Shown: positions 13,701 to 30,900 of the stretch, one piece after another
Position numbering within the stretch: the first letter of the stretch is position 1
Layout of the letters: the number at the start of each line of letters is the position of its first letter
DNA from: the human T2T-CHM13v2.0 reference genome, Homo sapiens
Strand: one strand, 5' to 3'
Length of the DNA stretch: 64,000 bases
NCBI RefSeq assembly: GCF_009914755.1
Contig: NC_060937.1
The notes under the pieces: model-generated
The model's database searches: none
What the model was told of the DNA's origin: nothing
Seen by the model: only the letters and a program-made list of their open reading frames with translations
Program-made: the position numbers and the translations under genes

Positions 13701-16700
13701 TATTATATTAGGTCCATAAAATATGAAAGTACATCAAATATAAATTATATACTGTACATAAAATACCAAAGTACCCCAAATATATATTATATACTGTACA
13801 TGAAATATCAAAGTTCACAAACTATATATTATATACTGTACATAAAATATCAAAGTACCCAAGGTATATATTCTATACTGTACAAAAAATATCAAAGTAC
13901 CCAAAGCATGTATTATGTACTGTACATAAAATATGAAAGTACATCAAATATATATTTTATTCTGTACATAAAATATCAAAGTACACTAAATATATATTCT
14001 ATAGTGCACATAAAATATCAAAGTACCCAAACTATACATTATATACTGTACATAAAATATGAAATTACATCAAATATATATTATATTAGGTACATAAAAT
14101 ATGAAAGTACATCAAATATAGATTATATACTGTACATAAAATACCAAAGTACCCCAAATACATATTATATACTGTACATGAAATATCAAAGTTCACAAAC
14201 TATATATTATATACTGTACATAAAATATCAAAGTACCCAAGGTATATATTCTATACTGTACAAAAAATATCAAAGTACCCAAAGCAAGTATTATATACTG
14301 TACATAAAATATGAAAGTACATCAAATATATATTTTATTCTGTACATAAAATATCAAAGTACACCAAATATATATTCTATACTGTACATAAAATATCAAA
14401 GTACCCAAACTATACATTATATACTGTACATAAAATATGAAATTACATCAAATATATATTATATTATGTACATAAAATATGAAAGTACATCAAATATAAA
14501 TTATATACTGTACATAAAATACCAAAGTACCCCAAATATATATTATAAACTGTACATGCAATATCAAAGTTCACAAACTATATATCATATACTGTACATA
14601 AAATATCAAAGTACCGAAGGTATATATTCTATACTGTCCAAAAAATATCAAAGTACCCAAAGCATGTATTATATACTGTACATAAAATATGAAAGTACAT
14701 CAAATATATATTTTATTCTGTACATAAAATATCAAAGTACACCAAATATATATTCTATAGTGTACATAAAATATCAAAGTACCCAAACAATACATTATAT
14801 ACTGTACATAAAACATGAAATTACATCCAATATATATTATATTAGGTACATAAAATATGAAAGTACATCAAATATAAATTATATACTGTACATAAATTCC
14901 AAAGTACCCCAAATATATATTATATACTGTACATGAAATATCAAAGTTCACAAACTATATATTATATACTATACATAAAATATCAAAGTACCCAAGGTAT
15001 ATATTCTACACTGTACAAAAAATATCAAAGTACCCAAAGCATGTATTATATACTGTACATAAAATATGAAAGTACATCAAATATATATTTTATACTGTAC
15101 ATAAAATATCAAAGCACACTAAATATATATTCTATAGTGTACATAAAATATCAAAGTACCCAAACTATACATTATATACTGTACATAAAATATGAAATTA
15201 CATCAAATATATATTATATTAGGTACATAAAATATGAAAGTACATCAAATATAGATTATATACTGTACATAAAATACCAAAGTACCCCAAATACATATAA
15301 TATACTGTACATGAAATATCAAAGTTCACAAACTATATATTATATACTGTACATAAAATATCAAAGTACCCAAGGTATATATTCTATACTGTACAAAAAA
15401 TATCAAAGTACCCAAAGCAAGTATTATATACTGTACATCAAATATGAAAGTACATCAAATATATATTTTATTCTGTACATAAAATATCAAAGTACACCAA
15501 ATATATATTCTATAGTGTACATAAAATATCAAAGTACCCAAACTATACATTATATACTGTACATAAAATATGAAATTACATCAAATATATATTATATTAG
15601 GTACATAAAATATGAAAGTACATCAAATATAAATTATATACTGTACATAAAATACCAAAGTACCCCAAATATATATTATAAACTGTATATGCAATATCAA
15701 AGTTCACAAACTATATATCATATACTGTACATAAAATATCAAAGTACCGAAGGTATATATTCTATACTGTCCAAAAAATATCAAAGTACCCAAAGCATGT
15801 ATTATATACTGTACATAAAATATGAAAGTACATCAAATATATATTTTATTCTGTACATAAAATATCAAAGTACACCAAATATATATTCTATAGTGTACAT
15901 AAAATATCAAAGTACCCAAACTATACATTATATACTGTACATAAAATATGAAATTACATCAAATATATATTATATTAGGTACATGAAATATGAAAGTACA
16001 TCAAATATAGATTATATACTGTACATAATATACCAAAGTACCCCAAATATATATTTTATACTGTCCATGAAATATCCAAGTTCACAAACTATATATTATG
16101 TACTGTACATAAAATATCAAAGTACCCAAGGTATACATTTTATACTGTACAAAAAATATCAAAGTACCGAAAGCATGTATTATATACTGTACATAAAATA
16201 TGAAAGTACATGAAATATATATTTTATTCTGTACAAAAAATATCAAAGTACACCAAATATATATTCTATAGTGTACATAAAATATCAAAGTACCCAAACT
16301 ATACATTATATACTGTACATAAAATATGAAATTACATCAAATAAATATTATGTTATGTACAGAAAATATGAAAATACATCAAATATAGATTATATACTGT
16401 ACATAAAATATCAAAGCACCCCAAATATATATTATATACTCTACATGAAATATCAAATTTCACAAACTATATATTATATACTGCACATAAAATATCATAG
16501 TACCCAAGGTATATATTCTATACTCTACAAAAAATATCAAAGAACCCAAAGCATGTATTATATACTGTACATAAAATATGAAAGTACATCAAATATATAT
16601 TTTATTCTGTACATAAAATATCAAAGTACACCAAATATATATTCTATACTGTACATAAAATATCAAAGTACCCAAACTATACATTATATAGTGTACATAA

Positions 16701-18706
16701 AATATGAAATTACATCAAATATATATTATATTAGGTACAGAAAATATGAAAATACATCCAATATAGATTATATACTGTACATAAAATACCAAAGGACCAC
16801 AAATGTATATTTTATACTGTACATGAAATATCAAAGTTCACAAGCTATATATCATATACTGTACATAAAATATCAAAGTACTCAAGGTATATATTCTATA
16901 CTGTACAAAAAATATCAAAGTACCCAAAACATGTATTATATACTGTACATAAAATATGAAAGTACATCAAATATATATTTTATTCTGTACATAAAATATC
17001 AAAGTACACCAAATATATATTCTATAGTGTACATAAAATATCAAAGTAGCCAAACTATACATTATATACTGTACATAAAATATGAAATTACATCAAATAT
17101 ATATTATATTAGGTACATAAAATATGAAAGTACATCAAATATAGATTATATACTGTACATAAAATACCAAAGTACCCCAAATATATATATTATATTGTAC
17201 ATGAAATATCAAAGTTCACAAACTATATATTATATACTGTACATAAAATATCAAAGTACCCAAGGTATATATTCTATACTGTACAAAAAATATCAAAGTA
17301 CCCAAAGCATGTATTATATACTGTACATGAAATATGAAAGTACATCAAATATATATTTTATTCTGTACATAAAATATCAAAGTACACCAAATATATATTC
17401 TATACTGTACATAAAATATCAAAGTACCCAAACTATACATTATATACTGTACGTAAAATATGAAATTACATCAAATATATATTATATTAGGTACATAAAA
17501 TATGAAAGTACATCAAATATAGATTATATACTGTACATAAAATACCAAAGTACCACAAATATATATTTTTTACTGTACATGAGATATCAAAGTTCACAAA
17601 CTATATATTATATACTGTACATAAAATATCAAAGTACTCAAGGTATATATTCTATACTGTACAAAAAATATCAAAGTACCCAAAGCATGTATTATATACT
17701 GTACATAAAATATGAAAGTACATGAAATATATTTTTATTCTGTACAAAAAATATCAAAGTACACCAAATATATATTCTATACTGTACATAAAATATTAAA
17801 GTACCCAAACTATACATTATATACTGTACATAAAATATGAATTTAAATCAAATATATATTATATTAGGTACAGAAAATATGAAAGTACATCAAATATAGA
17901 TTATATACTCTACATAAAATATCAAAGTACCCCAAATATATATAATATACTGTACATGAAATATCAAAGTTCACAAACTATATATTATATACTGTACATA
18001 AAATATGAATGTACCCAAGGTATATATTCTATACTATACAAAAACTATCAAAGTACCCAAAACCTGTATTATATACTATATATAAAATATGAAAGTGCAT
18101 CAAATATATATTTTATTCTGTACATAAAATAAAAAAGTACACCAAATATATATTCTATACTGTACATAAAATATCAAAGTACACAAACTATACATTATAT
18201 ACAGAACATAAAATATGAAATTACATCAAATATATATTAGTTACATAAAATATTAAAGTACATCAAATATAGATTATATACTGTACTTAAAATACCAAAG
18301 TACCCCAAATATATATATTATATTGTACATGAAATATCAAAGTTCACAAACTATATATTATATACTGCACATAAAATATCAAATCACCCAAGGTATATAT
18401 TCTATACTGTACAAAAAATATCAAAGTACCCAAAGCATGTATTATATACTGTACATAAAATATGAAAGTACATCAAATATATATTTTATTCTGTACATAA
18501 AATATCAAAGTACACCAAATATATATTCTATAGTGTACATAAAATATCAAAGTACCCAAACTATACATTATATACTGTACATAAAATATGAAATTACATC
18601 AAATATATATTATATTAGGTACATAAAATATGAAAGTACATCAAAAATAGATTATATACTGTACATAAAATACCAAAGTACCCCATATAAATATTTTATA
18701 CTGAAC

Positions 18707-18916
18707 ATGAAATATCAAAATTCACAAACTATATATTATATACTGTACATAAAATATCAAATCACCCATGGTATCTATTCTATACTGTACAAAAAATATC
18801 AAAGTACCCAAAGCATGTATTATATACTGTACATAAAATATGAAAGTTCATCAAATATATATTTTATTCTGTACATAAAATATCAAAGTACACCAAATAT
18901 ATATTATAAACTGTAC
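18707..18916 (+). repeat. Truncated 5-mer HOR (210 bp), M5/M9 fusion; repeated at 30583-30792
   Basis: tatcaaagtacaccaaatatatat-tataaactgtacatgc: an M5 start joined to an M9 end. M1 landmarks are 210 bp apart. Confidence 0.85.
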
Positions 18917-21900
18917 ATGCAATATCAAAGTTCACAAACTATATATCATATACTGTACATAAAATATCAAAGTACCGAAGGTATATATTCTATACTGTCC
19001 AAAAAATATCAAAGTACCCAAAGCATGTATTATATACTGTACATAAAATATGAAAGTACATCAAATATATATTTTATTCTGTACATAAAATATCAAAGTA
19101 CACCAAATATATATTCTATAGTGTACATAAAATATCAAAGTACCCAAACTATACATTATATACTGTACATAAAATATGAAATTACATCAAATATATATTA
19201 TAATAGGTACATAAAATATGAAAGTACATCAAATATAAATTATATACTGTACATAAAATACCAAAGAACCCCAAATATGTATTATATACTGTACATGAAA
19301 TATCAAAGTTCACAAACTATATATTATATACTGTACATAAAATATCAAAGTACCCAAGGTATATATTCTATACTGTACAAAAAATATCAAAGTACCCAAA
19401 GCATGTATTATATACTGTACATAAAATATGAAAGTACATCAAATATATATTTTATTCTGTACATAAAATATCAAAGTACACCAAATATATATTCTATAGT
19501 GTACATAAAATATCAAAGTACCCAAACTATACATTATATACTGTACATAAAACATGAAATTACATCCAATATTTATTATATTAGGTCCATAAAATATGAA
19601 AGTACATCAAATATAAATTATATACTGTACATAAAATACCAAAGTACCCCAAATATATATTATATACTGTACATGAAATATCAAAGTTCACAAACTATAT
19701 ATTATATACTGTACATAAAATATCAAAGTACCCAAGGTATATATTCTATACTGTACAAAAAATATCAAAGTACCCAAAGCATGTATTATGTACTGTACAT
19801 AAAATATGAAAGTACATCAAATATATATTTTATTCTGTACATAAAATATCAAAGTACACTAAATATATATTCTATAGTGCACATAAAATATCAAAGTACC
19901 CAAACTATACATTATATACTGTACATAAAATATGAAATTACATCAAATATATATTATATTAGGTACATAAAATATGAAAGTACATCAAATATAGATTATA
20001 TACTGTACATAAAATACCAAAGTACCCCAAATACATATTATATACTGTACATGAAATATCAAAGTTCACAAACTATATATTATATACTGTACATAAAATA
20101 TCAAAGTACCCAAGGTATATATTCTATACTGTACAAAAAATATCAAAGTACCCAAAGCAAGTATTATATACTGTACATAAAATATGAAAGTACATCAAAT
20201 ATATATTTTATTCTGTACATAAAATATCAAAGTACACCAAATATATATTCTATACTGTACAAAAAATATCAAAGTACCCAAAGCAAGTATTATATACTGT
20301 ACATAAAATATGAAATTACATCAAATATATATTATATTATGTACATAAAATATGAAAGTACATCAAATATAAATTATATACTGTACATAAAATACCAAAG
20401 TACCCCAAATATATATTATAAACTGTACATGCAATATCAAAGTTCACAAACTATATATCATATACTGTACATAAAATATCAAAGTACCGAAGGTATATAT
20501 TCTATACTGTCCAAAAAATATCAAAGTACCCAAAGCATGTATTATATACTGTACATAAAATATGAAAGTACATCAAATATATATTTTATTCTGTACATAA
20601 AATATCAAAGTACACCAAATATATATTCTATAGTGTACATAAAATATCAAAGTACCCAAACTATACATTATATACTGTACATAAAATATGAAATTACATC
20701 AAATATATATTATAATAGGTACACAAAATATGAAAGTACATCAAATATAAATTATATACTGTACATAAAATACCAAAGAACCCCAAATATATATTATATA
20801 CTGTACATGAAATATCAAAGTTCAGAAACTATATATTATATACTGTACATAAAATATCAAAGTACCGAAAGTATATATTCTATACTATACAAAAAATATC
20901 AAAGTACCCAAACCATGTATTATATACTGTTCATAAAATATGAAAGTACATCAAATATATATTTTATTCTGTACATAAAATATCAAAGTACACTAAATAT
21001 ATATTCTATAGTGTACATAAAATATCAAAGTACCCAAACTATACATTATATACTGTACATAAAATATGAAATTACATCAAATATATATTATATTAGGTAC
21101 ATAAAATATGAAAGTACATCAAATATATATTATATACTGTACATAACATACCAAAGTACCCCAAATACATATTATATACTGTACATGAAATATCAAAGTT
21201 CACAAACTATATATTACTTACTGTACATAAAATATCAAAGTACCGAAGGTATATATTCTATACTGCACAAAACATATCAAAGTACCCAAAGCCTGTATTA
21301 TATACTGGACATAAAATATGAAAGCACATCAAATATATATTTTATTCTGTACATAAAATATCAAAGTACACCAAATATATATTCTATAGTGTACATAAAA
21401 TATCAAAGTACCCAAACTATACATTATATACTGTAGATAAAACATGAAATTACATCCAATATATATTATATTAGGTACATAAAATATGAAAGTACATCAA
21501 ATATAAATTATATACTGTACATAAATTCCAAAGTACCCCAAATATATATTATATACTGTACATGAAATATCAAAGTTCACAAACTATATATTATATACTA
21601 TACATAAAATATCAAAGTACCCACGGTATATATTCTACACTGTACAAAAAATATCAAAGTACCCAAAGCATGTATTATATACTGTACATAAAATATGAAA
21701 GTACATCAAATATATATTTTATACTGTACATAAAATATCAAAGTACACTAAATATATATTCTATAGTGTACATAAAATATCAAAGTACCCAAACTATACA
21801 TTATATACTGTACAGAAAATATGAAATTACATCAAATATATATTATATTAGGTATATAAAATATGAAAGTACATCAAATATAGATTATATACTGTACATA

Positions 21901-24900
21901 AAATACCAAAGTACCCCAAATACATATTATATACTGTACATGAAATATCAAAGTTCACAAACTATATATTATATACTGTACATAAAATATCAAAGTACCC
22001 ATGGTATATATTCTATACTGTACAAAAAATATCAAAGTACCCAAAGCAAGTAGTATATACTGTACATAAAATATGAAAGTACATCAAATATATATTTCAT
22101 TCTGTACATAAAATATCAAAGTACACCAAATATATATTCCATAGTGTACATAAAATATCAAAGTACCCAAACTATACATTATATACTGTACATAAAATAT
22201 GAAATTACATCAAATATATATTATATTACATACATAAAATATGAAAGTACATCAAATATAAATTATATACTGTACATAAAATACCAAAGTACACCAAATA
22301 TATATTATATACTGTACATGAAATATCAAAGTTCACAAACTATATATTATATACTGTACATAAAATATCAAAGTACCCGAGGTATATATTCTATACTGTA
22401 CAAAAAATATCAAAGTACGCAAAGCATGTATTATATACTGTTAATAAAATATGAAAGTACATCAAATATATATTTTATTCTGTACATAAAATATCAAAGT
22501 ACCCAAACAATACATTATATACTGTACATAAAATATGAAATTACATCAAATATATATTATAATAGGTACACAAAATATGAAAGTACATCAAATATAAATT
22601 ATATACTGTACATAAAATACCAAAGAACCCCAAATATATTATATACTGTACATGAAATATCAAAGTTCAGAAACTATATATTATATACTGTTCATAAAAT
22701 ATCAAAGTACCGAAAGTATATATTCTATACTATACAAAAAATATCAAAGTACCCAAAGCATGTATTATATACTGTTCATAAAATATGAAAGTACATCAAA
22801 TATATATTTTATTCTGTACATAAAATATCAAAGTACACTAAATATATATTCTATAGTGTACATAAAATATCAAAGTACCCAAACTATACATTATATACTG
22901 TACATAAAATATGAAATTACATCAAATATATATTATATTAGGTACATAAAATATGAAAGTACATCAAATATATATTATATACTGTACATAACATACCAAA
23001 GTACCCCAAATACATATTATATACTGTACATGAAATATCAAAATTCACAAACTATATATTACTTACTGTACATAAAATATCAAAGTACCGAAGGTATATA
23101 TTCTATACTGTACAAAACATATCAAAGTACCCAAAGCATGTATTATATAGTGTACATAAAATATGAAAGCACATCAAATATATATTTTATTCTGTACATA
23201 AAATATCAAAGTACACCAAATATATATTCTATAGTGTACATTAAATATCAAAGTACCCAAACTATACATTATATACTGTACATAAAACATGAAATTACAT
23301 CCAATATATATTATATTAGGTACATAAAATATGAAAGTACATCAAATATAAATTATATACTGTACATAAAATACCAAAGTACCCCAAATATATATTATAT
23401 ACTGTACATGAAATATCAAAGTTCACAAACTATATATTATATACTGTACATAAAATATCAAAGTACCCAAGGTATATATTCTACACTGTACAAAAAATAT
23501 CAAAGTACCCAAAGCATGTATTATATACTGTACATAAAATATGAAAGTACATCAAATATATATTTTATACTGTACATAAAATATCAAAGCACACTAAATA
23601 TATATTCTATAGTGTACATAAAATATCAAAGTACCCAAACTATACATTATATACTGTACATAAAATATGAAATTACATCAAATATATATTATATTAGGTA
23701 CATAAAATATGAAAGTACATCAAATATAGATTATATACTGTACATAAAATACCAAAGTACCCCAAATACATATAATATACTGTACATGAAATATCAAAGT
23801 TCACAAACTATATATTATATACTGTACATAAAATATCAAAGTACCCAAGGTATATATTCTATACTGTACAAAAAATATCAAAGTACCCAAAGCATGTATT
23901 ATATACTGTACACAAAATATGAAAGTACATCAAATATATATTTTATTCTGTACATAAAATATCAAAGTACACCAAATATATATTCTATAGTGTACATAAA
24001 ATGTCAAAGTACCCAAACTATACATTATATACTGTACATAAAATATGAAATTACATCAAATATATATTATATTAGGTACATAAAATATGAAAGTACATCA
24101 AATATAAATTATATACTGTACATAAAATACCAAAGTACCCCAAATATATATTATATACTGTACATGGAATATCAAAGTTCACAAACTATATATTATATAC
24201 TGTACATAAAATATCAAAGTACCCAAGGTATATATTCTATACTCTACAAAAAATATCAAAGTACCCAAAGCATGTATTATATACGGTACTTAAAATATGA
24301 AAGTACATCAAATATATATTTTATTCTGTACATAAAATATCAAAGTACCCTAAGTATATATTCTATAGTGTACATAAAATATCAAAGTACCCAAACTATA
24401 CATTATATACTGTACATAAAATATGAAATTACATCAAATATATATTATATTAGGTACATAAAATATGAAAGTACATCAAAGATAGATTATATACTGTACA
24501 TAAAATACCAAATTCCCCCAAATACATATTATATACTGTACATGAAATATCAAAGTTCACAAACTATATATTATATACTGTACATAAAATATCAAAGTAC
24601 CCAAGGTATATATTCTATACTGTACAAAAAATATCAAAGTACCCAAAGCAAGTATTATATACTGTACATAAAATATGAAAGTACATCAAATATATATTTT
24701 ATTCTGTACATAAAATATCAAAGTACACCAAATATATATTCTATAGTGTACATAAAATATCAAAGTACCCAAACTATACATTATAAACTGTACATAAAAT
24801 ATGAAATTACATCAAATATATACTATATTATGTACATAAAATATGAAAGTACATCAAATATAGATTATATACTGTATGTAAAATACCAAAGTACCCAAAA

Positions 24901-27900
24901 TAAATATTTTATACTGTACATGCAGTATCAAAGTTCACAAACTATATATTATATACTGTACATAAAATATCAAAGTACCAAAGGTATATATTCTATACTG
25001 TACAAAAAATATCAAAGTATCCCAAGCATGTATTATATACTGTACATAAAATATGAAAGTACATCAAATATATATTTTCTTCTGTACATAAAATATCAAA
25101 GTACACCAAATATATATTCTATAGTGTACATAAAATATAAATGTACAAAAACTATACATTATATACTGTACATAAAATATGAAATTACATCAAATATATA
25201 TTATATTAGGTACCTAAAATATGAAAGTACATCAAATATAGATTATATACTGTACATAAAATACCAAAGAACCCCAAATATGTATTATATACTGTACATG
25301 AAATATCAAAGTTCACAAACTATATATTATATACTGTACATAAAATATCAAAGTACCCAAGGTATATATTCTATACTGTACAAAAAATATCAAAGTACCC
25401 AAAGCATGTATTATATACTGTACATAAAATATGAAAGTACATCAAATATATATTTTATTCTGTACATAAAATATCAAAGTACACCAAATATATATTCTAT
25501 AGTGTACATAAAATATCAAAGTACCCAAACTATACATTATATACTGTACATAAAACATGAAATTACATCCAATATTTATTATATTAGGTCCATAAAATAT
25601 GAAAGTACATCAAATATAAATTATATACTGTACATAAAATACCAAAGTACCCCAAATATATATTATATACTGTACATGAAATATCAAAGTTCACAAACTA
25701 TATATTATATACTGTACATAAAATATCAAAGTACCCAAGGTATATATTCTATACTGTACAAAAAATATCAAAGTACCCAAAGCATGTATTATGTACTGTA
25801 CATAAAATATGAAAGTACATCAAATATATATTTTATTCTGTACATAAAATATCAAAGTACACTAAATATATATTCTATAGTGCACATAAAATATCAAAGT
25901 ACCCAAACTATACATTATATACTGTACATAAAATATGAAATTACATCAAATATATATTATATTAGGTACATAAAATATGAAAGTACATCAAATATAGATT
26001 ATATACTGTACATAAAATACCAAAGTACCCCAAATACATATTATATACTGTACATGAAATATCAAAGTTCACAAACTATATATTATATACTGTACATAAA
26101 ATATCAAAGTACCCAAGGTATATATTCTATACTGTACAAAAAATATCAAAGTACCCAAAGCAAGTATTATATACTGTACATAAAATATGAAAGTACATCA
26201 AATATATATTTTATTCTGTACATAAAATATCAAAGTACACCAAATATATATTCTATACTGTACATAAAATATCAAAGTACCCAAACTATACATTATATAC
26301 TGTACATAAAATATGAAATTACATCAAATATATATTATATTATGTACATAAAATATGAAAGTACATCAAATATAAATTATATACTGTACATAAAATACCA
26401 AAGTACCCCAAATATATATTATAAACTGTACATGCAATATCAAAGTTCACAAACTATATATCATATACTGTACATAAAATATCAAAGTACCGAAGGTATA
26501 TATTCTATACTGTCCAAAAAATATCAAAGTACCCAAAGCATGTATTATATACTGTACATAAAATATGAAAGTACATCAAATATATATTTTATTCTGTACA
26601 TAAAATATCAAAGTACACCAAATATATATTCTATAGTGTACATAAAATATCAAAGTACCCAAACAATACATTATATACTGTACATAAAACATGAAATTAC
26701 ATCCAATATATATTATATTAGGTACATAAAATATGAAAGTACATCAAATATAAATTATATACTGTACATAAATTCCAAAGTACCCCAAATATATATTATA
26801 TACTGTACATGAAATATCAAAGTTCACAAACTATATATTATATACTATACATAAAATATCAAAGTACCCAAGGTATATATTCTACACTGTACAAAAAATA
26901 TCAAAGTACCCAAAGCATGTATTATATACTGTACATAAAATATGAAAGTACATCAAATATATATTTTATACTGTACATAAAATATCAAAGCACACTAAAT
27001 ATATATTCTATAGTGTACATAAAATATCAAAGTACCCAAACTATACATTATATACTGTACATAAAATATGAAATTACATCAAATATATATTATATTAGGT
27101 ACATAAAATATGAAAGTACATCAAATATAGATTATATACTGTACATAAAATACCAAAGTACCCCAAATACATATAATATACTGTACATGAAATATCAAAG
27201 TTCACAAACTATATATTATATACTGTACATAAAATATCAAAGTACCCAAGGTATATATTCTATACTGTACAAAAAATATCAAAGTACCCAAAGCAAGTAT
27301 TATATACTGTACATCAAATATGAAAGTACATCAAATATATATTTTATTCTGTACATAAAATATCAAAGTACACCAAATATATATTCTATAGTGTACATAA
27401 AATATCAAAGTACCCAAACTATACATTATATACTGTACATAAAATATGAAATTACATCAAATATATATTATATTAGGTACATAAAATATGAAAGTACATC
27501 AAATATAAATTATATACTGTACATAAAATACCAAAGTACCCCAAATATATATTATAAACTGTATATGCAATATCAAAGTTCACAAACTATATATCATATA
27601 CTGTACATAAAATATCAAAGTACCGAAGGTATATATTCTATACTGTCCAAAAAATATCAAAGTACCCAAAGCATGTATTATATACTGTACATAAAATATG
27701 AAAGTACATCAAATATATATTTTATTCTGTACATAAAATATCAAAGTACACCAAATATATATTCTATAGTGTACATAAAATATCAAAGTACCCAAACTAT
27801 ACATTATATACTGTACATAAAATATGAAATTACATCAAATATATATTATATTAGGTACATGAAATATGAAAGTACATCAAATATAGATTATATACTGTAC

Positions 27901-30900
27901 ATAATATACCAAAGTACCCCAAATATATATTTTATACTGTCCATGAAATATCCAAGTTCACAAACTATATATTATGTACTGTACATAAAATATCAAAGTA
28001 CCCAAGGTATACATTTTATACTGTACAAAAAATATCAAAGTACCGAAAGCATGTATTATATACTGTACATAAAATATGAAAGTACATGAAATATATATTT
28101 TATTCTGTACAAAAAATATCAAAGTACACCAAATATATATTCTATAGTGTACATAAAATATCAAAGTACCCAAACTATACATTATATACTGTACATAAAA
28201 TATGAAATTACATCAAATAAATATTATGTTATGTACAGAAAATATGAAAATACATCAAATATAGATTATATACTGTACATAAAATATCAAAGCACCCCAA
28301 ATATATATTATATACTCTACATGAAATATCAAATTTCACAAACTATATATTATATACTGCACATAAAATATCATAGTACCCAAGGTATATATTCTATACT
28401 CTACAAAAAATATCAAAGAACCCAAAGCATGTATTATATACTGTACATAAAATATGAAAGTACATCAAATATATATTTTATTCTGTACATAAAATATCAA
28501 AGTACACCAAATATATATTCTATACTGTACATAAAATATCAAAGTACCCAAACTATACATTATATAGTGTACATAAAATATGAAATTACATCAAATATAT
28601 ATTATATTAGGTACAGAAAATATGAAAATACATCCAATATAGATTATATACTGTACATAAAATACCAAAGGACCACAAATGTATATTTTATACTGTACAT
28701 GAAATATCAAAGTTCACAAGCTATATATCATATACTGTACATAAAATATCAAAGTACTCAAGGTATATATTCTATACTGTACAAAAAATATCAAAGTACC
28801 CAAAACATGTATTATATACTGTACATAAAATATGAAAGTACATCAAATATATATTTTATTCTGTACATAAAATATCAAAGTACACCAAATATATATTCTA
28901 TAGTGTACATAAAATATCAAAGTAGCCAAACTATACATTATATACTGTACATAAAATATGAAATTACATCAAATATATATTATATTAGGTACATAAAATA
29001 TGAAAGTACATCAAATATAGATTATATACTGTACATAAAATACCAAAGTACCCCAAATATATATATTATATTGTACATGAAATATCAAAGTTCACAAACT
29101 ATATATTATATACTGTACATAAAATATCAAAGTACCCAAGGTATATATTCTATACTGTACAAAAAATATCAAAGTACCCAAAGCATGTATTATATACTGT
29201 ACATGAAATATGAAAGTACATCAAATATATATTTTATTCTGTACATAAAATATCAAAGTACACCAAATATATATTCTATACTGTACATAAAATATCAAAG
29301 TACCCAAACTATACATTATATACTGTACGTAAAATATGAAATTACATCAAATATATATTATATTAGGTACATAAAATATGAAAGTACATCAAATATAGAT
29401 TATATACTGTACATAAAATACCAAAGTACCACAAATATATATTTTTTACTGTACATGAGATATCAAAGTTCACAAACTATATATTATATACTGTACATAA
29501 AATATCAAAGTACTCAAGGTATATATTCTATACTGTACAAAAAATATCAAAGTACCCAAAGCATGTATTATATACTGTACATAAAATATGAAAGTACATG
29601 AAATATATTTTTATTCTGTACAAAAAATATCAAAGTACACCAAATATATATTCTATACTGTACATAAAATATTAAAGTACCCAAACTATACATTATATAC
29701 TGTACATAAAATATGAATTTAAATCAAATATATATTATATTAGGTACAGAAAATATGAAAGTACATCAAATATAGATTATATACTCTACATAAAATATCA
29801 AAGTACCCCAAATATATATAATATACTGTACATGAAATATCAAAGTTCACAAACTATATATTATATACTGTACATAAAATATGAATGTACCCAAGGTATA
29901 TATTCTATACTATACAAAAACTATCAAAGTACCCAAAACCTGTATTATATACTATATATAAAATATGAAAGTGCATCAAATATATATTTTATTCTGTACA
30001 TAAAATAAAAAAGTACACCAAATATATATTCTATACTGTACATAAAATATCAAAGTACACAAACTATACATTATATACAGAACATAAAATATGAAATTAC
30101 ATCAAATATATATTAGTTACATAAAATATTAAAGTACATCAAATATAGATTATATACTGTACTTAAAATACCAAAGTACCCCAAATATATATATTATATT
30201 GTACATGAAATATCAAAGTTCACAAACTATATATTATATACTGCACATAAAATATCAAATCACCCAAGGTATATATTCTATACTGTACAAAAAATATCAA
30301 AGTACCCAAAGCATGTATTATATACTGTACATAAAATATGAAAGTACATCAAATATATATTTTATTCTGTACATAAAATATCAAAGTACACCAAATATAT
30401 ATTCTATAGTGTACATAAAATATCAAAGTACCCAAACTATACATTATATACTGTACATAAAATATGAAATTACATCAAATATATATTATATTAGGTACAT
30501 AAAATATGAAAGTACATCAAAAATAGATTATATACTGTACATAAAATACCAAAGTACCCCATATAAATATTTTATACTGAACATGAAATATCAAAATTCA
30601 CAAACTATATATTATATACTGTACATAAAATATCAAATCACCCATGGTATCTATTCTATACTGTACAAAAAATATCAAAGTACCCAAAGCATGTATTATA
30701 TACTGTACATAAAATATGAAAGTTCATCAAATATATATTTTATTCTGTACATAAAATATCAAAGTACACCAAATATATATTATAAACTGTACATGCAATA
30801 TCAAAGTTCACAAACTATATATCATATACTGTACATAAAATATCAAAGTACCGAAGGTATATATTCTATACTGTCCAAAAAATATCAAAGTACCCAAAGC

